Of a stretch of DNA of 64,000 nt, positions 53,962-63,834 are shown piece after piece. The notes below the pieces were generated by a model, which made no database searches, was not told where the DNA came from, and saw only the letters and a list, made by a program, of their open reading frames with translations. The translations under genes and the position numbers were made by a program. Where the stretch lies: the IMG/VR virus record IMGVR_UViG_3300020122_000665, positions 21,476 through 85,475 of that record. One strand, 5' to 3'. Within the stretch, counting starts at the first letter, position 1. Each line of letters begins with the position of its first letter. The stretch is from a virus.

Positions 53962-55833
53962 CTACGTGCCGACGGACGGCTGCGTACCGATGTTCTTGTA
54001 GAAGAAGATCTTCTCCTTCACCGACGGGACGACCGCGGTGACGGCAATGCCCTCCTCGCCGGCGGCGATGGAAGCGACGTCGTTCACCGAGTCGATATCG
54101 GTGAAGAACATCGGGTTACCTGGGGACCACTGCGGGTAGGACGCCGTGGTGCTCTTGTCGGCGACGTTGACGCGGAGGCCCGCCTCGGAGCGAAGGAACG
54201 AATCGACGGCGGCCTTGTCGAGCCGCCGCTCGGTCGCCGTGTTGGGCCCGTTGATCGAGTCCTCCATCGCGAGCCCGACGGCCTTCTCGAGGTAGCGGAT
54301 GCACTTCTGCGTGACGATGAAACGCTCGTTGAGGTCGAGGCTGGTGGTGCGGTCGTGGAGCGGGATGTAGCCGCCCTTCTTCGCCTTGATCGGGAGCTGG
54401 ATCCCGTTCTCGGTCGCCTCGTTGCGGATTCCCTCGTCGGTGGAGTCGAAGTTGTTGCCGGAGACGTTGTTGGGGATCGAGCTGACGCCGTTGTAGTAGT
54501 CGATCACGTCCTTCTTGCGCCAGGCGGCCGACTCCTGCGGCTGCAGCTGCGAATCCGCCGCGGCGATGAACGACCAGAACGGCGTGAGCTGCTCGACGTT
54601 GTTGATGTCGCGCGTGTAGACCCACGTCGAGAAGCGCGCCCGCTTGTCGCGGTAGGTGCCGACCTCGGTCTTCACCGTCGACCACGAACTCGCCTGCAGG
54701 CTCTGGATGTTGGCGAAGCGGTCCTTCTTCGACTGGATCAGCGTGAGCAGCGCGGCGTTGACCGCCGGGCGCAGCGAGTCGCTGCAATCGTCGAAGCCCA
54801 TCTCGAGCACGTCCTCCTGGCTGGCGAGGGCGGTGATGGCCGTCGAGTAGTCGGAGGAAGCGATGGCGGCGCCGTCGGAGCCGCCGACAAAGGCGTAGGT
54901 GCCGTTCGCGGGCCGCGTGACGGGCGCCACGCCGCCGACGTTGACGAGCGCGAAGCTCGTCACGAGCAGGTCCGTGGTGAAGTCGGGCAGGATCGCCGTG
55001 GCGATCGTCTGGAGCCCGGCGTAGCGCTTCGTCGTCTGCGCCTTGGTGCCGACGAGCTGCACCGTCAGATCGAAGTGGTTCGCGACGCCGTCGCCCGCGG
55101 CGGCCACGACCGCCTGAATCGCGTTGCCGACGCCCGCGCCCGGGAAGCGCCCGATCAGCTTCGCCACCGCGTTGCCGCTCGAGTCGAGCAGGTAGCAGAC
55201 CGACTGCGACCACCCCGTCGTGTTGAGCGTCGGCAGCGCGGCGGCGTCGCCCTGCGCGCCCTGGTGGCTGTAGGTCAGCGACGCGGTGTTGGCGATCTTG
55301 CCGGCGGTCGCGATGTTGCCGGCGACCAGCACCTCGTAGATGTCGTAGCTCGTCGCCCCGGGGACCACGGACCAGGCGAGGTCGTTGTGGTTCGATCCGT
55401 TGAGCGTCGCGTTGCCGTTGGTGACGATCGCGAGGGCCGAGCCCTGGGTGGCGCCGGCGGCGTTCTTCGCGACGATGGCGTACTTGTACGTCGTGGCGCC
55501 GGGGGTTCCGACGACGGTCACGGTCGGCGGATCGGGCGGGAGGATTCCCTGCAGGCCGCCGAGCACGCGCGAGAGCGTCCACGGGCACGCCGCGCGGTTG
55601 GTGAGCGCGAGGTAGCCCGGCGACGTACGCGCGCTCCCGTCGGGGAAGTAGGTGTTCTTGAGGTCGGCCGGCGACACCGTCGCGTAGGCGACCTCGACGG
55701 GCCCCCACTCCGTCTGCAGCGCCATGCCGACGCGCTCGTTCGAGACGCCGCGGATGACGCGCGGCTGCGCGACGGGGATGGAATAGAAGCCGGGCTGCCG
55801 CGCGAGCGCGCGGTTCGCGATCTCGATCGCCAT
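53962..55833 (-). CDS. Tail sheath protein
   Basis: TEWGPV, PG..GN.I, FVGGSDG, INGPNT. Confidence 0.85.
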   Translation of the reverse strand: MAIEIANRALARQPGFYSIPVAQPRVIRGVSNERVGMALQTEWGPVEVAYATVSPADLKNTYFPDGSARTSPGYLALTNRAACPWTLSRVLGGLQGILPPDPPTVTVVGTPGATTYKYAIVAKNAAGATQGSALAIVTNGNATLNGSNHNDLAWSVVPGATSYDIYEVLVAGNIATAGKIANTASLTYSHQGAQGDAAALPTLNTTGWSQSVCYLLDSSGNAVAKLIGRFPGAGVGNAIQAVVAAAGDGVANHFDLTVQLVGTKAQTTKRYAGLQTIATAILPDFTTDLLVTSFALVNVGGVAPVTRPANGTYAFVGGSDGAAIASSDYSTAITALASQEDVLEMGFDDCSDSLRPAVNAALLTLIQSKKDRFANIQSLQASSWSTVKTEVGTYRDKRARFSTWVYTRDINNVEQLTPFWSFIAAADSQLQPQESAAWRKKDVIDYYNGVSSIPNNVSGNNFDSTDEGIRNEATENGIQLPIKAKKGGYIPLHDRTTSLDLNERFIVTQKCIRYLEKAVGLAMEDSINGPNTATERRLDKAAVDSFLRSEAGLRVNVADKSTTASYPQWSPGNPMFFTDIDSVNDVASIAAGEEGIAVTAVVPSVKEKIFFYKNIGTQPSVGT

Positions 55834-55875
55834 CGGGTGTGCCTCGCTGGTGAAGGTGGAAAGGGGCGGAGGAGA

Positions 55876-56502
55876 TCAGCCCGGCGAGCCCTTGACGGTG
55901 CGGACCTGCGTCTGCACGAGCGCGGCGGTGATCTGGTCGACGAGCCGGCACTGGACCATGCAGGGCCAGCGCATCATCGACGAGCCGGTCTGCACCGCCT
56001 GGCTCGACTCGGAGAGCTGCGGGAAGTGATCGAACGAGAAGCTCGCCACGATGCTGTAGAGGTCGGGGACCACCAGCGAGAGCGGCGACTGACCCTTCGT
56101 GTAGTCGGAGCCCTTCGTGTCACCGCCGAGAGTGACGAACGCCGGCTGACCAATGATGTCGCGCAGCGCGGCGTTGAGCTCGTCGCGCGTCGTCGTGTAC
56201 TGCGTCCACACGTCGAGCTGCAGGCCGAAGTCGGCGAGCCCGTAGCTGTAGAGCACGGTGCCCTGCACGCCCGCCGTCGGCGTCACGCGGTGGACCGACG
56301 GCTGATACTCGCGCACCTTCGGCGCCACCTCTGGAACAACGACGGTGATCGTCGGGTCCGTGAAGTTCGCGCCCGTGGGCCACGCCTCCTCGACGAGCGC
56401 GGACGGATAGGTGGCCGTGATGCCGTCCACGACGCCCGGGATGCCGTTGCGGATGTAGTCGGCGAGCGCCTTCCTGCAGGCGACGCGCTCGTCGATGGCC
56501 AT
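55876..56502 (-). CDS. Tail terminator/completion protein
   Basis: Position before the sheath; LQLDVWT....RDEL. Confidence 0.65.
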   Translation of the reverse strand: MAIDERVACRKALADYIRNGIPGVVDGITATYPSALVEEAWPTGANFTDPTITVVVPEVAPKVREYQPSVHRVTPTAGVQGTVLYSYGLADFGLQLDVWTQYTTTRDELNAALRDIIGQPAFVTLGGDTKGSDYTKGQSPLSLVVPDLYSIVASFSFDHFPQLSESSQAVQTGSSMMRWPCMVQCRLVDQITAALVQTQVRTVKGSPG

Positions 56503-56505
56503 GGG

Positions 56506-56967
56506 CTACCTCGCTGCGAGCGCGCGGGCGATGAGCACGCGCAGGATCTTCTTCGCCTCCGGCAGCCGGCTACGAACGAACCACGTGGGCGCCGTCCCGA
56601 CGGTGGCGATCTTCAGCCACAGTCCGTGGGCCATGCGCTGAATGTCCCGCTCCGGAAGATTCGGGTTGTGGCGACGCACCCAATCGACGAGCGGCTCGAG
56701 CGGCGCGCGGTGCGGGCGCGATCCGCGCTCGACCGCCGCCGCGTGCGGCGCCTCGAAGCGCACCTCGGGGCCGTCGGGCGCATCTGACACGACGCGCACC
56801 GACTGGCCGAGCTGCCCTTGATCCTTCGGCGCCGCTTCCGCGACGATCTCCGACCACAGCGTCGCAGCCTCGATCACCGCGGCCTTCACGCGCTCTTGCC
56901 GACGCTCCTCCGCCGCGAGCAGCCGCGATCCGATGCTGCCGGGAGAGACCCGGTAGTCGTCGGCCAT
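56506..56967 (-). CDS. HK97 gp10-like neck protein
   Basis: APKDQGQLGQS, PHAAAVERGSRPH, GTAPTWF. Confidence 0.85.
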   Translation of the reverse strand: MADDYRVSPGSIGSRLLAAEERRQERVKAAVIEAATLWSEIVAEAAPKDQGQLGQSVRVVSDAPDGPEVRFEAPHAAAVERGSRPHRAPLEPLVDWVRRHNPNLPERDIQRMAHGLWLKIATVGTAPTWFVRSRLPEAKKILRVLIARALAAR

Positions 56968-57456
56968 TTACGGGATCGAGCCGAGGAGCCCGATCATCTT
57001 TCGACGGACGGTGATCTGATAGCCGAAGGCCTTGCCCCACTCGAGCCCGCCGACCGGCGCGCACTCGAAGGACCCTTCGTCGCCGGTGAGAATCCAGCAG
57101 CACTCCTGATTGACGGCGAGGATGACCGGAACGATGTCGCTCGGCGAGTAGCCGCCGCCGGCGAAGACCGGCGTGATGCGGGAGATCCGAAGGTCGCCCT
57201 GCTGAAAGCGACCCGCGGAGTTGACGATCTCGACCTCGGTCACCATGCGCACCTTCGGCGGCGCGCCGTTGGAAACGGTGAAGTCGAGATCCTCGTTCGT
57301 GCTCACCGCGCCCTTGGTTCCAGGCCGACATGGCGCGCCGTTGACCGTCCAGGTTCTGATGCGCCGCGTGACGGCGTACCGACGGAAGCCGAGCCTCGCC
57401 ATGATCTGGCGCGCCCGGTTGATCGGGCGAAGCACGCGATCGCGAACGGTGCTCAT
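56968..57456 (-). CDS. Head closure/adaptor protein
   Basis: Position in the neck module. Confidence 0.6.
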   Translation of the reverse strand: MSTVRDRVLRPINRARQIMARLGFRRYAVTRRIRTWTVNGAPCRPGTKGAVSTNEDLDFTVSNGAPPKVRMVTEVEIVNSAGRFQQGDLRISRITPVFAGGGYSPSDIVPVILAVNQECCWILTGDEGSFECAPVGGLEWGKAFGYQITVRRKMIGLLGSIP

Positions 57457-57459
57457 GGG

Positions 57460-57837
57460 CTACGTCCCGAAGTAGCCGTCGGACGGCACCGTCTCGGTGT
57501 CGTAGACGTCCCGGTAGGGGTGGACGTCGAGATAGATCGACAGCTGGTTCACGTACTGCCTGCCGACCTTGCGCAGCGACTCCAGCTGCTTCTCGTGCGC
57601 AAAGCGCACGCCGTCCTCCGCCTGCAGCAGGTCGAGGTTGTTCAGAAAGACGTTCTCGAGCTGCGAGTCGACCTCGGCGAGCTTGGCGAGCATCGCGACG
57701 ACCGCGTTTCCGGCGTTCGTCGTCAGCGCGTTCATGATCGACTCGAGCTTTGGGTCGATCTCGCGGTTGAGCTCGGACCGTCCGAGGTAGTTGCGGATGG
57801 CGACCTTCTGATCCTCGGTGAAGACGAAGGTCGCCAT
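57460..57837 (-). CDS. Head-tail connector protein
   Basis: FTEDQKVAIRNYLG; position after capsid genes. Confidence 0.65.
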   Translation of the reverse strand: MATFVFTEDQKVAIRNYLGRSELNREIDPKLESIMNALTTNAGNAVVAMLAKLAEVDSQLENVFLNNLDLLQAEDGVRFAHEKQLESLRKVGRQYVNQLSIYLDVHPYRDVYDTETVPSDGYFGT

Positions 57838-57840
57838 CTG

Positions 57841-58473
57841 CTACTCCTTGTCGGCGGAAGCCGCGGCGCGCGCGGCGCGCGGCGGCCGCTTGATCTGCGC
57901 CACCGCGCGCTGGATCGGGTTGTCGTCGGTGGTGACGTCGTCGTCGTCGGGCACGTCGTCGTCCTCGTCGGGATCCGCGCCGTCGTCGACGACGACGGGA
58001 CGCACGGGGCGCGGCTGCACCTCCTGCCGCTGCTCCGCGCGCGGCGCCGGGCGCTCCGGCGACGAATCGGGGTGCGGACCCTGCTCGAGCGGCAGGCCGC
58101 GCGACTTCACCGAGAAGGCGAACTTCGACGGGATGTCGCACTCGCCCTTGAGCGGCACCTTGTAGCGGATGCCGCCGAGCTCGAAGTCGAGCGGCTTCCC
58201 GTGCGCCGGGTGATCCTTCGCGACGCGATCGGCGATGCTGTGAAACTTCATGGTCTCCTCCTCCGGGTCGGTTTCTCCGACGGCGCGCCGATGCTCGCGA
58301 GCGCTGAGACGGCGCGCCTCCTCCTGCGTCTCTGCGACGAGCGGCCGCTCGCCACGGTCGAACTTCGCCTGCTCCTCAGCGACGATCTTTCGAGCTCCCT
58401 CTTCGGAGTAGCCTGCGGCGAGCACCACCTCGAGCGTGGGGGGCCAGGGCCTCCCCAGGTCGTCGACGAGCAC
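57841..58473 (-). CDS. Hypothetical head-associated protein (second possible start at 58251)
   Basis: ORF track; internal SD GGAGGAG before MKFHS. Confidence 0.6.
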   Translation of the reverse strand: MLVDDLGRPWPPTLEVVLAAGYSEEGARKIVAEEQAKFDRGERPLVAETQEEARRLSAREHRRAVGETDPEEETMKFHSIADRVAKDHPAHGKPLDFELGGIRYKVPLKGECDIPSKFAFSVKSRGLPLEQGPHPDSSPERPAPRAEQRQEVQPRPVRPVVVDDGADPDEDDDVPDDDDVTTDDNPIQRAVAQIKRPPRAARAAASADKE

Positions 58474-59069
58474 TAGCCCGCGACGAGGCGCGCGCTCTGC
58501 CCCGGCAGCGCGTTGGACATGTGCGCGTTGATGGACGTCTTCAGCGCGTTCGCGAGCGCCTGCGACGACGCGGCGTCGCTCGCGTCCGCCGTGGCGACGC
58601 TGTTGACGCCGTCGTTGTTGAAGTGCACGCCCGCCTGCGTCAGGTGGGCGTTGAACTTCGCCTTGATGAGGTTGAGCAGGGTGTTGGCCGTGCCCTGGTC
58701 GGACGCGATGACGCCCGTGGCGAGCGTGTTCGTCGTGTCCTGCGCCTTGTGCGCGACGCCGGGCCCGTTCGTCGACGGGGTGATCACCGCGTCGGCGTCG
58801 TTGATGTGGCCGAGCCAGGCGCCGGCGACCGCCGAGCTGGCGTTGAGCATCCCGCTCGACACGCCGGGGCCGCCGCCGAAGATGATCGCCATCTGGTTGG
58901 CGAGCGCGATCGTCGACGGCAGGTCGGTCGCGTTCGTCGCGGTGACGGTCTGCTCGCTCGCGTCGATGTGGAACGAGCCGGCCGCGCCGATCGCGAGGCG
59001 ACGCGTGTCGTTGATGGCCTTCCAGAGGTCGGCCTGCTCGGGGGAGATCTTGCGGACGGTCAGCGCCAT
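58473..59069 (-). CDS. Putative capsid decoration/accessory protein
   Basis: Directly after the capsid gene; repeated LAN..K...NAH units. Confidence 0.55.
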   Translation of the reverse strand: MALTVRKISPEQADLWKAINDTRRLAIGAAGSFHIDASEQTVTATNATDLPSTIALANQMAIIFGGGPGVSSGMLNASSAVAGAWLGHINDADAVITPSTNGPGVAHKAQDTTNTLATGVIASDQGTANTLLNLIKAKFNAHLTQAGVHFNNDGVNSVATADASDAASSQALANALKTSINAHMSNALPGQSARLVAG

Positions 59070-59175
59070 CGGTGGCCTCGGCGTTGGAGTGGTTACAGCA
59101 AGCGCCCGTCGGTGCCGTGGGCGTCGACGGGCGCTCGCTGCTGGTCGCGGTGGATGTTGCGGTGGAGCCGTCGCC

Positions 59176-60213
59176 TTACGGCGTGGCGACGTTCTTGCGG
59201 ATGCCGCAGGCGTTGGGCCGGTCGATGACGAGCGCCGGCTTGATCTGCGCGGTGATCTTGCGCGAGTCGCCCGTCGGCCCGAGCTCGTAGACCTTCATGC
59301 CGAGCGGCATCGGGCCGCCACCGTCGTTGAGATCCTGCTCGCCGAGGTCGTAGTAGGCGGGGAACTGCTCCGTCTCGGCGACCTGCTGCAGGAGCACCAC
59401 GTAGGCGTACTGCGTGTTGAGGTAGAAGATCTGGTTCGCGGTGGCGTCCTTGTCCTTCATGAACAGGCAGCCCTCGATGTCCATCACCTCGACCTTGTAG
59501 CCGAGCTTGACGGTGCCGCGCGCGAGGTCGAGCGAGTCGGTGGTGAAGCGCTGGTTCGGAAAGAACTTGTTGCGGATGGTGTAGAAGACCTTCGGCGAGC
59601 AGATGGCGAGATCGGGCTGCTCGCCGCACGCCGTGTAGATCGTGTCGCCGATGTCCTTCGCCAGGTTGTCGAGCGTCACGTCGGTCGAGACGCCCGGGTC
59701 GACGACGTTGCCGCGGAAGGTCGTGTTCGCGGCCTGCGTGCGGTCGATCGTCCCGTAGGTGTTGTTGTCGAGCAGCGCGGTGCCGAGACCGACCATCGCG
59801 TTGCCGCCGCCGCCCGAGAAGACGTCGACGTTCATCGCCGACGCGGCCGCCATGATGCCGTTCTCGAGCGAACGGAACAGCGGGCGCATGAAGTCGGCCG
59901 GGCTCGTCGACGTGGCCGCGGCCGCCTCGACGTCGCCGGTGACCTTGAAGTTCGCGCGGTAGCGCGCCCACGGCAGCGTGAACGCCGCCACCGCGTCCGT
60001 GCCGGTGTTCGAGACGTCCGCGCCCTCGGCGTAGGTCTCGGCGAGCGCGCCCGAGAGCTCGATCGACTTGAAGAACGCCTGGCCCCCGCCCTTCTCGGCG
60101 CGGAGCAGGCGCAGCGTGCGCGCCCGGCGGTTGACGGTGCGCATGACGCGCGGGCGGAAGTCGACGGAGAGCGCGCCCTTGACGGCGCTGAGCAGCATGG
60201 GATTGTCGGCCAT
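59176..60213 (-). CDS. Major capsid protein
   Basis: About 345 aa after the scaffold; TYGTIDR, PDLAICSP, IFYLNT HK97-fold-like motifs. Confidence 0.85.
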   Translation of the reverse strand: MADNPMLLSAVKGALSVDFRPRVMRTVNRRARTLRLLRAEKGGGQAFFKSIELSGALAETYAEGADVSNTGTDAVAAFTLPWARYRANFKVTGDVEAAAATSTSPADFMRPLFRSLENGIMAAASAMNVDVFSGGGGNAMVGLGTALLDNNTYGTIDRTQAANTTFRGNVVDPGVSTDVTLDNLAKDIGDTIYTACGEQPDLAICSPKVFYTIRNKFFPNQRFTTDSLDLARGTVKLGYKVEVMDIEGCLFMKDKDATANQIFYLNTQYAYVVLLQQVAETEQFPAYYDLGEQDLNDGGGPMPLGMKVYELGPTGDSRKITAQIKPALVIDRPNACGIRKNVATP

Positions 60214-60340
60214 GGTCATCCTCGCGGCCGCACGCAGCGGCACGCTCTTGAGGCCATCCCGACGCTCCCCCTCGACGGGAAAACGCAAAACGGGCGCTGC
60301 GCACTACGCGCAGACGCCCGTTTGTCGGTGCGGCCTGATT

Positions 60341-61117
60341 TTACTGGTTGATCTCGCTCTTGACGGCGTCGAACCCGCCCGGGACTCGGGCGAAGACGTT
60401 CTCCCACTTCTCGTCGTCGGTGGGCTCGCGCTGGTCGCCGCTGCCCCGCTGCGCGGGACGGTTCGTCGGGCGCTCCGTTGGCGCCTTCTTCTTCTTCGCG
60501 TCGGGGACGACGGCGGGGATCCACTCCTTCGCGGATTCGGACCGCAGCCAGTCGGCGACGCCCTTCTCGAGGTCGTCGAACTCCTCGACCTCGGGCTCGC
60601 TGCCCTCGACGCGAGAGCGCTTGACGGCCATGCGCGCCTTCGCCTCGGCGTCGAACTTGAGGACGCCCTTCACCTCGAGGTGCGTGAGGAGGGCATCGAG
60701 CCGCTCGCCCTTGATGTTGGCGGCGTCGAGCTTCGCGCGGATGACCGTGCGCTGCTTGTCCTTCGCGTTCTCGACGGCGATGCGCTTGCGCTCCTTCTCC
60801 TCGTTCGAGGCGCGCTGCTCGCTCGCCTCGAGCTTCTTCTCGAGCTGCTCGATGCGCTGCTTCTGCGTGCGCTTCTCCTCGTCACCGGCGGCGGCGGCCT
60901 GCTTCGCCTTCTCCGCCTCCTCGGCCTTCTTCTTCTCCGCCTCGGGGTCGACGGGCGGGGCCTTCGGGAGGATCTCCTTGAGGGTCTCGGGGAGCTTGGC
61001 CAGGAGCTCCGATCCGAACTTGTCGAACCGCGTCTCCCACCGCCGATTCGTCTCCTTCAGAGCCGCGTTGAGCGCGGCCTGCGTGATCGGCTTGTCGTCG
61101 GGAATCTCTTCGGCCAT
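60341..61117 (-). CDS. Capsid scaffolding protein
   Basis: Highly charged coiled coil upstream of the capsid gene. Confidence 0.75.
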   Translation of the reverse strand: MAEEIPDDKPITQAALNAALKETNRRWETRFDKFGSELLAKLPETLKEILPKAPPVDPEAEKKKAEEAEKAKQAAAAGDEEKRTQKQRIEQLEKKLEASEQRASNEEKERKRIAVENAKDKQRTVIRAKLDAANIKGERLDALLTHLEVKGVLKFDAEAKARMAVKRSRVEGSEPEVEEFDDLEKGVADWLRSESAKEWIPAVVPDAKKKKAPTERPTNRPAQRGSGDQREPTDDEKWENVFARVPGGFDAVKSEINQ

Positions 61118-61436
61118 CGCAGCATCTCCCCACGCGCTCAATCGGCGCGTTTCCGGCCCTGGTAATCGTTCCGTCGACGGTGAGCCGTGGCCCGTCGGGA
61201 ACGTGCCGGCGTGGTGCTGCTACAGGGCTCGGCGACAACGCCGTGGCGTCGTCGAGCTCGTGCCGTCCGCGACCTCCGCCTGGTGCATCGCCACGACTTC
61301 GGGCGACGGAGGTGCAAACGTTGGTGGTGCAGCGGCGCAGGCATCGCGCAGCGATGTAGAGGAGGCAGACCTCGACGAGTTGCCGCCGAGGTCGCGATCG
61401 CCGCACCGAAGCGTGGCGAGTGGTTTTTTGTCGATG

Positions 61437-61509
61437 AGCCCCGAGCAGGAATCGAACCTGCGACCGTCGGCTTACGAAGCCGCTGCTCTGCCGTCTGAGC
61501 TACAGGGGC
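61437..61509 (-). tRNA. tRNA-Thr(CGT)
   Basis: Cloverleaf GCCCCTGTAGCTCAGACGGCAGAGC...CGGC-TTCGTAA-GCCG...GCAGG-TTCGATT-CCTGC; one acceptor-stem mismatch. Confidence 0.9.
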
Positions 61510-61521
61510 CAGGAACTACGG

Positions 61522-61594
61522 AGCGGCAAGCGGGAATCGAACCCGCAACGTCCGGCTTGGAAGGCCAGCGCTCTGCCAGTTGAGCTATCGCCGC
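61522..61594 (-). tRNA. tRNA-Gly(TCC)
   Basis: Cloverleaf GCGGCGATAGCTCAACTGGCAGAGC...CTGGC-CTTCCAA-GCCGG...GCGGG-TTCGATT-CCCGC. Confidence 0.92.
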
Positions 61595-61599
61595 ATGAA

Positions 61600-61797
61600 T
61601 CAGCAGCCGTCGCCGTCGTTGTCGAAGTCGCCGCCGCCGGCGCTTCCCTCGTCGATGGCGCGCTGCGGGTGCGTCGCCGGGCGCCCGGTGAGCACCTCCT
61701 CGTGAAGCGCCGCCTGCGCCGCGGTGCCCGGCTCGTGGATCGGGTTGCCGTCTCCGTCGCAACAGACGTGCTTGCCGTCGGGAAGCTCCTTGATCAT
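61600..61797 (-). CDS. Small acidic hypothetical protein
   Basis: SD GAGGAG; ORF track. Confidence 0.55.
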   Translation of the reverse strand: MIKELPDGKHVCCDGDGNPIHEPGTAAQAALHEEVLTGRPATHPQRAIDEGSAGGGDFDNDGDGC

Positions 61798-61800
61798 CGG

Positions 61801-62853
61801 TCACTCCTCGTCGGGTAGCGCGTCGGCCTCTTCGATTACGTCGGACCACGACTCGTGCCATGCAGCCGCTCTGCATCCGCATTGCGGATGCACCGGCGGG
61901 TCAGTGACTTCGTCGCCGCTTTCGGTGACGAACGAGCCGCCGATGGGCGCCACCGTGCCGTGCAGCGAGCGGCACTCGGCGCACGTACGATCGCCGGTCG
62001 CCGACCAGATGCGCGCGAGTCCCGGGACCTGCTTCGCCGCTTGCCACAGCGCTTGGTGGTTCTGGTACGCGTACGCCGCCGAGGTCTCGGTGCGCACGAT
62101 GCGCGCCGCCCACGGGCGATAGCGATTGAAGAGCCCCTCGGCGATGTCCTCGACGACGGCGCCTGGCTGTCCCTTGATGCCGCGCAGCGCGACCAGGCCC
62201 GTCGGCCCGCCGAGCTTCACCAGCCGGTTCGTCGCCTCGTAGATCGACTCCTTCGACGCGAGAGAGACCGCCAGCGACTCGCGGATGTCGTCGGCGATGT
62301 TCGTCGGCGCCGCCTCGCCGCGCCCCGGCTCGTAGTGCGCGTCGGCGTAGCGCGCAGCTGACGTCTCGAACCTCGGGATGAGGTAGGAGTCGCCGCTCGC
62401 CATGATCGAGACGAGGTTGATCGAGACGCGCTGCTCGGCGCCGGCGAAGATCCCCGACAGCCGCGCGATCTCGTTCTCGAGGGTGCTCGCCGCGAGGCGC
62501 GCCGCGCGATAGGACGTATCGGTGAGCTGATCGAGCACCGCGCCGCCGACGCGCTGCTCGATGTCGCGGAACGCCTGCTCGAGGCTCGCGAGCACCGAGC
62601 GATACTTCTGCGCGGTGAATCGCAGATCGCCGTCTGGCACGTCGCGCAGCCACCGCTCGTACTTCTGCGCGGTCTCGACCATCGCCCGCTTCAGGACGGG
62701 CAGCACCTTCGCAAGCGCCGGCTCGTGCAGCGCTGCCACCTCTTCGCTGACCCGCGCCATCTCGCGGCGCACATCGGCGATCTGCTTCTTCGTCGCGCGC
62801 ACCGGAGCGTCGCGGCCAGGCGCGCGATCCTCGACGGGGAGCGAAGCGGCCAT
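61801..62853 (-). CDS. Minor head protein (Mu gpF/SPP1 gp7 family)
   Basis: RIVRTE, DRTCAECRSLHG, PPVHPQCGC. Confidence 0.9.
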   Translation of the reverse strand: MAASLPVEDRAPGRDAPVRATKKQIADVRREMARVSEEVAALHEPALAKVLPVLKRAMVETAQKYERWLRDVPDGDLRFTAQKYRSVLASLEQAFRDIEQRVGGAVLDQLTDTSYRAARLAASTLENEIARLSGIFAGAEQRVSINLVSIMASGDSYLIPRFETSAARYADAHYEPGRGEAAPTNIADDIRESLAVSLASKESIYEATNRLVKLGGPTGLVALRGIKGQPGAVVEDIAEGLFNRYRPWAARIVRTETSAAYAYQNHQALWQAAKQVPGLARIWSATGDRTCAECRSLHGTVAPIGGSFVTESGDEVTDPPVHPQCGCRAAAWHESWSDVIEEADALPDEE

Positions 62854-62857
62854 GGAA

Positions 62858-63121
62858 CTACCCCTTCGGGCGATCGACCACGCCGCGCTCGAGGATCGTC
62901 AGCTTCGCCCACTCGAGCTTCCCGACGGTCTCGTAGCGATTCAGCATCGGGGAGCACCGCATGTAGAGGTGCTCGCCCTCGTCGACCACGGCGACGAGCG
63001 TCTCGATGCGACCCGCCTCGGCGTCGACGAGCATCTCCTTCAGGAGCGCGACGACGTGCTCTTGACGCTCGGTGCGCTCCTTCTCCGCGACCGGCACGAT
63101 GTCGAGTTGCGGCGGCGCCAT
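62858..63121 (-). CDS. Hypothetical protein
   Basis: TGATG overlap with def. Confidence 0.65.
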   Translation of the reverse strand: MAPPQLDIVPVAEKERTERQEHVVALLKEMLVDAEAGRIETLVAVVDEGEHLYMRCSPMLNRYETVGKLEWAKLTILERGVVDRPKG

Positions 63122-63792
63122 CAGGTCGCGGCGGCCGCCGCCGCCTCCTGCACGATCACCGTCGGCGCGTGCACGCCCTCGGGCAGCGCCGCCGCGCGCG
63201 CCGCGTCCGCCGCCACGCGCTCCGGCGTCTTCTCGTAGGCGATGTAGCCGCCCGCGTTCTTCCTGGCGTGGCGGTTCATCATCTCGCGCTTCAGCACCGA
63301 CGCGTGGTCGATGAGCAGCTTCCCGTCGAGGTGCTCGATCTCGTGCTGCACCTCGCGCGCCTCAAGACCGCTGAGCATGAACGTCCGCGGCTCGCCGTCC
63401 TTCACGTCGACGTAGGTGACGCCGCACTCGAAGAAGCGCTCGACGGGGATGAAGGTGTTCGGGAAGGAGAGGCAGCCCTCGAGCTTCCTCTCCTTCTTCG
63501 CGCCCGGATCGACGGTGAGCACCGGGTTGATCATGACGACCGGCTCGTCGTTGAGCCGCACCGCCATCATCCGCACCGAGGACCCGATCTGCGGCGCCGC
63601 GAGGCCGAGGCCGCCGGCGACGAGCATGGTGTCGCGCAGCCCGACGGCGAGCGCGCGGATCTCGTCGGTGATTCGACTGACCGGCACGCACGGCTCGCGA
63701 AGGATCTTGTTCGGGTAGAGCAGCAGGCGCCGCAGGTCCGTCGGCTCGAACCGCGCCGCGCGCATCTCGCCGAGCGTCTTCTGTCGCTCCAT
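63121..63792 (-). CDS. def: Peptide deformylase
   Basis: GLGLAAPQIG, EGCLS, QHEIEHLDG. Confidence 0.95.
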   Translation of the reverse strand: MERQKTLGEMRAARFEPTDLRRLLLYPNKILREPCVPVSRITDEIRALAVGLRDTMLVAGGLGLAAPQIGSSVRMMAVRLNDEPVVMINPVLTVDPGAKKERKLEGCLSFPNTFIPVERFFECGVTYVDVKDGEPRTFMLSGLEAREVQHEIEHLDGKLLIDHASVLKREMMNRHARKNAGGYIAYEKTPERVAADAARAAALPEGVHAPTVIVQEAAAAAAT

Positions 63793-63834
63793 GTTCGCCC
63801 TCCTCCAAGGGTGAGAACGTCCGCGCGGCGTCAG

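Noticed and set aside
45344-55833. Contractile tail genes as a tailocin, eCIS or T6SS
   Set aside because: Capsid, scaffold, neck, integrase and replication genes show a complete phage
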